This document shows positions 58,288 to 64,000 of a DNA stretch of 64,000 bases, piece by piece (position 1 is the stretch's first letter; the number at the start of each line of letters is the position of its first letter). The position numbers were made by a program, and so were the translations under genes. Below the pieces are notes generated by a model. The model ran no database searches. It saw nothing but the letters and a program-made list of their open reading frames with translations, and was not told the DNA's origin. The stretch comes from Gammaproteobacteria bacterium (GTDB lineage Bacteria > Pseudomonadota > Gammaproteobacteria > HK1), in the NCBI GenBank assembly GCA_965202895.1, contig OZ241901.1, positions 3,850,770 to 3,914,769 of the forward strand, in the 5' to 3' direction.

Positions 58288-58926
58288 TCCGGCCCGGAAG
58301 GGAAGGGGGCGCGGGCCGCGCGTCGGGGTGATGTCACGCTGAGAACGAGGCGCGTCTCGGTGGGGAGCGGCGTGGCGGGTCGAGGGCCCCTGCGATGCGA
58401 GGGGCGACTGGCCTTCGGCCGGCGTCCGGGTTCGTTTCCGCCGCGGCTTGCGGTCGCATCCGCCCCGGTCGAGGACGGTGGCCGCCGGGAATCGCCGGAG
58501 CGTTCCGGGGATGGCGGCGATGGACGCGGAAAGGCTGCCCGGGCGAGAGGGCGGCGTCGAAGGCCTCCTCGCGGCGCATATCGAGAAGTGGTCGAGGGGT
58601 TCGGGCACGAAGCGCAAGCCGCCGCGCCGAACGACGGCGAGGGCGACGTGGTTCATGATGGCGTTGTCGGCCGGCGCGTGGCGGGCGCGGACGCGGCAGG
58701 CGTCCGCGCCCAGGCTGGCGTCGCGGGGGCGTTCTCGACCATCCAGTGGCCGCGTTCAGGGACCCGGATTGTGGTTGACGGACCCGCTCCGGGCCGCTAG
58801 CCTTCACCTGCCGTCCCGACTATCCTGAATGGGACGGTTAGCTAGGAGGCCCCTTCGGGGGCCTTCCTATTCGGCGGTGGACCGGTTCGGAGCGCTCGGT
58901 TTCCGGACTCGATCTCGGAGGGAGCC

Positions 58927-60318
58927 GTGATGGATCGAGTAGCAGCCTTCGTCGACGCGGGTTACCTGTTCGCGCAAGGCTCGAAGGAGATATCCGGCAG
59001 ACAACTGCGACGTGGAGAAACTTCCCTCGATCACCAGGCCCTGATCCGCGCGCTGAAGGCATTTGCGGAGAAGATATCCGGACTTCCATTGCTGCGGATC
59101 TACTGGTACGACGGCACTTCTCAAGGCCCGACGCCCCAGCACAATACCCTGGCGGATCGAGCAGACATGAAAGTACGTCTCGGGTTCGTGAATTCCGCAG
59201 GACAACAGAAGGGCGTCGATTCCCTGATTGTGACGGACATGATCTCACTGGCCCGTAACCACGCGATGGCGGATTGTCTCCTCCTTTCGGGAGACGAAGA
59301 TCTCAGGGTCGGTGTCCAACAGGCTCAGGGATACGGGGTGCGGGTCCATCTCCTCGGAATCAGACCCGCACGGGGAAGCCAATCCCTGTTTCTTCTCCGG
59401 GAAGCGGACTCATCGCACGAATGGAGCTCCGACGTCCTTCGCACGTTCCTGGAATGCGGCCCCGATGGGGTCGAGCCGATGGACGTGGATGGTCGGTCGG
59501 GGTCACCGGCGCCAGCGTCGAGTCACGCTACCGAGTCCGTACTCCCGGACAGGGACGGACAGTCGGATCATGGGCGGAGGACGCTACGGCAAGTTGCAAG
59601 ACGAGTGGCCGATGACGTGCCTCTTGCGGACGTTCCTTCCCTGGTTGTGCTCTGGGACGTGACCCTGACGGGGGCGACGCAGGAGCAGATCGATGCGCGG
59701 CGCCGCGACATCCACGCACCCGCCGCGAACGACGTCCGGGTGCACAACGAGGGGGAGATCTGGCGGGCCGTGACCGCCGATCTCAAGTCCTACGACGCGT
59801 CCGCCGCCGCGCGCCTGCACCGCAACCACATCCTCTCCGGCGTCGGCGCGATCCCGGAGCACTGGTCGGGCGGGGGCGGGGACGTGAACCGGGCGACGGC
59901 GGCCGAGATGGGGGACCCGGCCCACAAGCAGATGGCGATGCGTCAGCAGCTCTGGGCCGAGATCCTGCGCCGGGTCGCACGATACGTGATCTGGCGCCGG
60001 CTCGATCCGCTGGGCCTCTCCGCGCCGGACCCGGCGGACCCGGACCCCGAGCTGGAGCCGGCGGTCGAGTGGCCGGAGATGGTGGAGCGGGACGTGACCC
60101 GCCACTCGACCGCGCTCCAGCAGACGGTCGCGGCGGTGTCGGTCGCGCTCGGCGAGGGGCTGCTCGGGGCCGAGACCGCGGCGCGCCTGGTGGCGACCGT
60201 CGCGGAGAGGCTCGGGATCGAGATCGACCCGGCAGCGGAGCTCCGGGCGGCGGCCGGCCGGGGGGAGGGGGAGGACGCCTTCCCCGCCGCCGGGGACGGG
60301 GACGCCGGCGCGGCCTGA
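58927..60318 (+). CDS. chimeric ORF: N-terminal NYN/LabA-like domain fused to a phage portal-protein C-terminal fragment
   Basis: The N-terminus MMDRVAAFVDAGYL...QKGVDSLIVTDMISLA...DCLLLSGDEDL is NYN-like and lies in AT-richer DNA up to ~59640. From ~59650 the DNA is high-GC and encodes a portal-like tail (...GAIPEHWSGGGGDVNRATAAEMGDP...) that ends directly before the gp7-like gene. Confidence 0.7.
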   Translation: MMDRVAAFVDAGYLFAQGSKEISGRQLRRGETSLDHQALIRALKAFAEKISGLPLLRIYWYDGTSQGPTPQHNTLADRADMKVRLGFVNSAGQQKGVDSLIVTDMISLARNHAMADCLLLSGDEDLRVGVQQAQGYGVRVHLLGIRPARGSQSLFLLREADSSHEWSSDVLRTFLECGPDGVEPMDVDGRSGSPAPASSHATESVLPDRDGQSDHGRRTLRQVARRVADDVPLADVPSLVVLWDVTLTGATQEQIDARRRDIHAPAANDVRVHNEGEIWRAVTADLKSYDASAAARLHRNHILSGVGAIPEHWSGGGGDVNRATAAEMGDPAHKQMAMRQQLWAEILRRVARYVIWRRLDPLGLSAPDPADPDPELEPAVEWPEMVERDVTRHSTALQQTVAAVSVALGEGLLGAETAARLVATVAERLGIEIDPAAELRAAAGRGEGEDAFPAAGDGDAGAA

Positions 60319-61764
60319 GTGGCGACGGATGCGGAGCGGGACCGGGCGATGGCGGCCGAGCGCCGCCGGCGCACGCGGGCGCTCCCCCGGATCCAGCGCG
60401 AGACGGACGCGGAGATCGGGCGTCTCCTCCGGCGGGCGGACCGCGAGCTCCGGGCGCGGATCGCCGGGGGCGGGGGGACGGAGTGGGAGCGGTGGCTGAC
60501 CCCGCGGTTCCGGGCGGCGGTGCGGCGGACGATCGAGGAGATCGCCGCGCCCGCCGGGGAGGCGATGGCGGCGGCGGCGTCCGCCGCCTGGCAGGCCGGG
60601 CAGGACCTCGTGGACGCGCCGATCGATGCGGCCCTCGCCCTCGAAGCGCCGCGGGCGCGGGTCGCGGCGGCGCTCACGTCCCCGGACGTGCGGCAGCTCC
60701 GGGCGATGCGGGGGTTCCTCACGGGGAAGATGGCCGAGGTCACCACGGACATGGCGAACCGGGCGAACACCCAGCTCGGGCTCATCATGCTCGGGGTGAA
60801 GACGCCGAGCGAGGCGGCGGCCGAGGTGGGGCGGATCACCGGGCGGACCCGGCGCCGGGCGCGCACCATCATCCGCACGGAGCTCGGGCGCGCGTACTCG
60901 ACGGCCGGCCAGGAGCGGATGCAGCAGGCGCGGGCCGCCGGCCTCGACATCCGGAAGCAGTGGCGGCGCTCGAGCAAGCTCCACAGCCGGCCCGCGCACG
61001 ACGCGGCGGACGGGCAGGTGCGGCCGGTGGACGAGCCGTTCATCGTGGGGGGGGAGCGGCTGCTGTACCCGCGCGACCCGTCCGCCCCGCCCGCGGAGAC
61101 GATCAACTGCGGGTGCCAGAGCCTGCCGTACATGGCGTCGTGGGCGGCGCGGGACCGGATCGCCCATCCCGGCCGCCGGCCGTACACGGACGAGGAGCGC
61201 GCGGCCGAGCCGGCCCGGGCGGACCTGGAGGGCCAGCCGTCCGCCCCGCTCCCCGGCGCGCCGGACGGCTGGATGCGGTGGAGGCGGGACGGGTTCCAGC
61301 CGGGGCGGGAGCCCGAGGCGGTCGATCTGGCGACGATGGCGCCGCGGGTCGCGCGGGGGGTGCGGGAGGCGGCCCCGCGCGGGATGAAGCGCCGCCGGAT
61401 CCCGCGGCGCATCACACTCTCCCGGTCTCGGCTCCGACACGCCGCCCGCCCCTCCAAGGCGCGTCGAGGGGCGGCGCTCGACGCGGCCGATCTCGACCGG
61501 GTGCCGCAGATCCTCGCCCGCCCGGACGCCGTGCTGTACGACCCCGTGGACGATGCCCTGGCGTTCATCGCGCCGGCGTCGACCGGCGCTCCGGACCGCA
61601 CGATCAAGATCGTCGTGCGGCCGGCCCGCAAGGAGAGCCTCAAGATGGGCCGCGGCCCGGTCGAGAGCGTCGTGACCAGTTCGGTGCGGACGATGGGCTA
61701 CGTCCGTCGGGTCAATATGCGAGATCCGAGATGGCGAGTGGTCGCCGGGTCGGTGGAGGGTTGA
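60319..61764 (+). CDS. phage minor head/morphogenesis protein, SPP1 gp7 / Mu F family
   Basis: RARTIIRTELGRAYSTAG...SRPAHDAADGQVRPVDEPF...YPRDPSAPPAETINCGCQ is the Phage_Mu_F signature. The GTG start lies directly after the upstream stop. Confidence 0.85.
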   Translation: MATDAERDRAMAAERRRRTRALPRIQRETDAEIGRLLRRADRELRARIAGGGGTEWERWLTPRFRAAVRRTIEEIAAPAGEAMAAAASAAWQAGQDLVDAPIDAALALEAPRARVAAALTSPDVRQLRAMRGFLTGKMAEVTTDMANRANTQLGLIMLGVKTPSEAAAEVGRITGRTRRRARTIIRTELGRAYSTAGQERMQQARAAGLDIRKQWRRSSKLHSRPAHDAADGQVRPVDEPFIVGGERLLYPRDPSAPPAETINCGCQSLPYMASWAARDRIAHPGRRPYTDEERAAEPARADLEGQPSAPLPGAPDGWMRWRRDGFQPGREPEAVDLATMAPRVARGVREAAPRGMKRRRIPRRITLSRSRLRHAARPSKARRGAALDAADLDRVPQILARPDAVLYDPVDDALAFIAPASTGAPDRTIKIVVRPARKESLKMGRGPVESVVTSSVRTMGYVRRVNMRDPRWRVVAGSVEG

Positions 61765-61905
61765 GATGCCGCCGGTCCGGGACGCTACCCCCGGAAAGTC
61801 CGCATGGCGGTGAACCGCGATGCCATCTCTGGGACCGCTACCCAGCTCCCGGCGACGGGCGCATCGTAGCATGAGTGACCGGGTGTGCGCCCGCGCGAAG
61901 TGCGG
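61722..61905 (+). repeat. right copy of the ~185-bp direct repeat
   Basis: See 24880..25064. It covers the last ~45 bp of the gp7-like gene plus about 140 bp downstream. Confidence 0.75.
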
Positions 61906-61932
61906 TCGCCGCTCCCGCGCCCGGCAGCAGCG

Positions 61933-62187
61933 ATGAGCCCGCTCGTCACGCTCCGGGCCCGTCGTGCGGAGATGGAGTCGATGTCGGATGAGGAGCTCCG
62001 CGAGTGGACCGCGTATCTGCGGATCGAACGGGTGGACGATCTGGTCTCCGCCTGCCTGCGGCACAACACGCGGATGGAGATCGAGTACGTGCTGGCGGAC
62101 CGCGCGTACTATCGGGCTCGGCGCGTGAGAGCTGCACTCCGAGGGATGCCGGACCCCATCGCCGGCGCCCGACCGGATATCGTCTGA
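61933..62187 (+). CDS. hypothetical phage-region protein
   Basis: MSPLVTLRARRAEMESMSDEELREWTAYLRIERVDDL... It has coding-like composition but no recognisable motif. Confidence 0.4.
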   Translation: MSPLVTLRARRAEMESMSDEELREWTAYLRIERVDDLVSACLRHNTRMEIEYVLADRAYYRARRVRAALRGMPDPIAGARPDIV

Positions 62188-62406
62188 GCAGTCGGGTCCG
62201 CACCGTGGAGAGGTCCCGGTGAGACTTCTTTAGATTGCCTTTTAATCGCTTTTAATTCGAGCGATCTCCAGACGGCGCACCCACCTGTACCGCTCCGGGG
62301 GTCGGGCCGCTCACAGGGCCGACGTCAGTACATATAACGCTTTATCTGTCAGGCGAGGCGGACGGGTGGTTACCATCCGCGTGGTCCGATGCCAGGTAGA
62401 TGCGCC

Positions 62407-62592
62407 ATGCCCGATCCCCAGCTCCCGACCGCCGCCAAGGTCGCCCGCGTCCTCAATCTGAAGCCGTCGGCGGCCGAGCGCGCCGACGGCTACGAGTCCG
62501 GCGCCTCGCTCGTCGAGTCGATCACCGAGGTCGGCGACGAGGTCGTCGTGATCACGGTCCGCGGCGGCAAGCACCGGCTGCCGAGGGACTGA
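62407..62592 (+). CDS. hypothetical small protein
   Basis: MPDPQLPTAAKVARVLNLKPS...EVVVITVRGGKHRLPRD. It ends 2 nt before the next ORF. The track gives an alternative start at 62389. Confidence 0.35.
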   Translation: MPDPQLPTAAKVARVLNLKPSAAERADGYESGASLVESITEVGDEVVVITVRGGKHRLPRD

Positions 62593-62594
62593 CG

Positions 62595-64000
62595 GTGCGG
62601 CTCGGGGCACGCCTCGCCGCCCTCGCCCGCGAGCGGGGGCTCCCGCACGCCCGGCTCGCCGAGGCGATGGGGGTGGACGAGCCCCTGCTCGCGCGGATCC
62701 TCTCGGGGGAGATCGCGCGGCCCCCGGACCGGCGGATCGACGCCGCGGCCCGCGCGCTCGGGGTGAGCGCCGAGGAGCTGCGGGCGCTCGCGCCGGCGGA
62801 CCTCCGCGAGGCGGCCCACGGGTCCTACGAGTGGCGCGAGGAGATCCTCCGCCGCGCGCTCGTCCGGATGGTCGAGACCGAGGGCGGCTCCTACTGCTTC
62901 CCGGTCGCGATCTTCGATGGCTCCGTCGTGGTGCGGAGGGATGACGGAGTCCTCACCCGCTACACCTACAAGATCGACGGCGAGGGCCTGGTGGCTCGCC
63001 TATCCGACCCGGAGCGGGTGGTCGAGACCTTCAGCCCGGCGGCCGACGCCGGGATGCACGAGGCCGCCCGGCTCGTCGCGGGCGGGGAGCGCGACCCGGA
63101 GGGGTCGCGCTGGCGGATCCGGGTGATCCGCGCGGGCCGCAGCGCCAACGGTACGGTCTATCCGGCCGAGGTCCTGCGCGAGGCGGCCGCCCGCGTGAAC
63201 GGTGTCCGGGTCCTCGCGCGGAGCGACGAGGACCACCTCCGGGGGCGGGGGCGGGACGCGCGCAACATCATCGGTAACTTGTCGGAGTCGGCGTACGTCG
63301 ACGCGGACGGCGGCAGCATCGAGGCCGACCTCACCCTCCTCGATCCGGCCGGCCCGGTGGGCCGGCAGCTCGCCGGCGCATGGCGGCGCGGGATGACCGA
63401 CGTCATGGGCTTCAGCATCGACGCGACCGGCCGCGTGAGGTCGGGCGCGATCGACGGTCGCCCGGTGCGGATCGCCGAGTCCATCACCGAGTTCCACTCG
63501 GTCGACCTCGTCCTCGATCCCGCGGCCGGCGGGCACATCATCCGGCTCATCGAGTCCAGAGGGGATCCAGACATGCCGCTCCGCGATCGCATGATCGAGG
63601 CCATCCGCCGCGCGCTCGGCGAGACTCGCCTCGCGGCCATCGACACCACCGACGACGAGGCGCTGGAGGGTCTCTACCGCGAGGCCGTCCGGGGCCCCGC
63701 ACCCGCACAACCCGCAGCGCCCGCTCCTGCCCCCGGCAGTCCGCTCCCGGCTCCGGCCGGGGGCGGCCCGGGGGCTGGCGCTCCGGCCGGCGGGGCCACC
63801 CTCAGCCCGGCCGACGTCGACGCCCGCATCGCGGCCTCGATGCGGCTCGCCGAGGCGCGCCGGACGGCGGAGGGCGCGATCGCGGCGAGCGGCCTCCCCG
63901 CGCCGGCGCAGGCGCGGCTGCGCCGGCGCCTCGCGGAGGGCGCGATCCCGCCCGGCGCGGAGGGCGACGCCATCCGCGCCGAGCGCGAGTACCTCGCGGA
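62595..64000 (+). CDS. phage structural-module protein: N-terminal HTH-like segment plus protease/scaffold-like region (3' end runs off the window)
   Basis: I translated this frame by hand from GTG 62595 to the window end and found no stop. It is not in the track because it lacks a stop. The sequence reads LARERGLPHARLAEAMGVDEPLLARILSGE (HTH-like), RWRIRVIRAGRSANGTVYPAEVLREAA..., then an Ala/Pro-rich linker. Its position after portal and gp7 suggests a protease/scaffold role. Confidence 0.55.
   Translation, partial: MRLGARLAALARERGLPHARLAEAMGVDEPLLARILSGEIARPPDRRIDAAARALGVSAEELRALAPADLREAAHGSYEWREEILRRALVRMVETEGGSYCFPVAIFDGSVVVRRDDGVLTRYTYKIDGEGLVARLSDPERVVETFSPAADAGMHEAARLVAGGERDPEGSRWRIRVIRAGRSANGTVYPAEVLREAAARVNGVRVLARSDEDHLRGRGRDARNIIGNLSESAYVDADGGSIEADLTLLDPAGPVGRQLAGAWRRGMTDVMGFSIDATGRVRSGAIDGRPVRIAESITEFHSVDLVLDPAAGGHIIRLIESRGDPDMPLRDRMIEAIRRALGETRLAAIDTTDDEALEGLYREAVRGPAPAQPAAPAPAPGSPLPAPAGGGPGAGAPAGGATLSPADVDARIAASMRLAEARRTAEGAIAASGLPAPAQARLRRRLAEGAIPPGAEGDAIRAEREYLA

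Noticed and set aside
58288-58926. A ccmG/dsbE remnant or a VOC-like fragment (MNHVALAVVRRGGLRFVPEPLDHF) upstream of ccmH.
   Set aside because: The only protein-like string is about 25 residues long. There is no thioredoxin CXXC motif, and the surrounding frames are Arg/Pro-rich noise. The evidence is insufficient.

Overview
This is a high-GC window (about 65-70% by eye) that looks like a proteobacterial chromosome.

**Left part (1-24.6 kb), mostly housekeeping.**
- A fold-3 esterase, a VOC protein and a bicupin.
- tRNA-Asn, an aspC-like aminotransferase divergent from uvrB, and a DUF4143 AAA ATPase.
- A broken AAA-like pseudogene and a roughly 1480-aa repeat-rich autotransporter.
- tRNA-Val and an MFS transporter.
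- thrS, inverted relative to infC-rpmI-rplT-pheS-pheT-ihfA-merR, then tRNA-Pro.

**Middle part (about 25-46.3 kb), accessory.**
- A lone xanthine-dehydrogenase-family Mo subunit and a Crp/Fnr regulator.
- A restriction-modification-like defence module: an SNF2 helicase with a DUF3883 C-terminus, a DUF1156 Zn-ribbon methyltransferase and a DUF499 ATPase.
- The module is physically split. Four tandem Uma2 (DUF820) nuclease-like paralogs and a visibly AT-richer three-gene cassette sit between the helicase and the methylase.
- The cassette encodes a small peptide ORF, a microviridin-type ATP-grasp ligase and a multi-pass membrane protein. It abuts the methylase start codon and is my top candidate for an undescribed system.

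**Right part.** narK1-narK2-narGHJI, orphan ccmH-ccmI, and a prophage head-module remnant: a chimeric ORF of an NYN domain fused to a portal C-terminus, an SPP1 gp7/Mu F-like protein, and a protease/scaffold-like partial ORF.

**Repeats.**
- The window is peppered with two families of composite palindromic repeats that share one GC-rich hairpin core.
- One family is MITE-like, about 260-320 bp. It has six full copies and one solo end, and every copy points toward the downstream gene.
- A direct repeat of about 185 bp brackets the 36.8 kb between tRNA-Pro and the prophage remnant.

Many very long ORFs in the track are antisense shadows typical of high-GC DNA, and I rejected them. All functional calls rest on motif recognition from the translated sequence. 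No database search was run.
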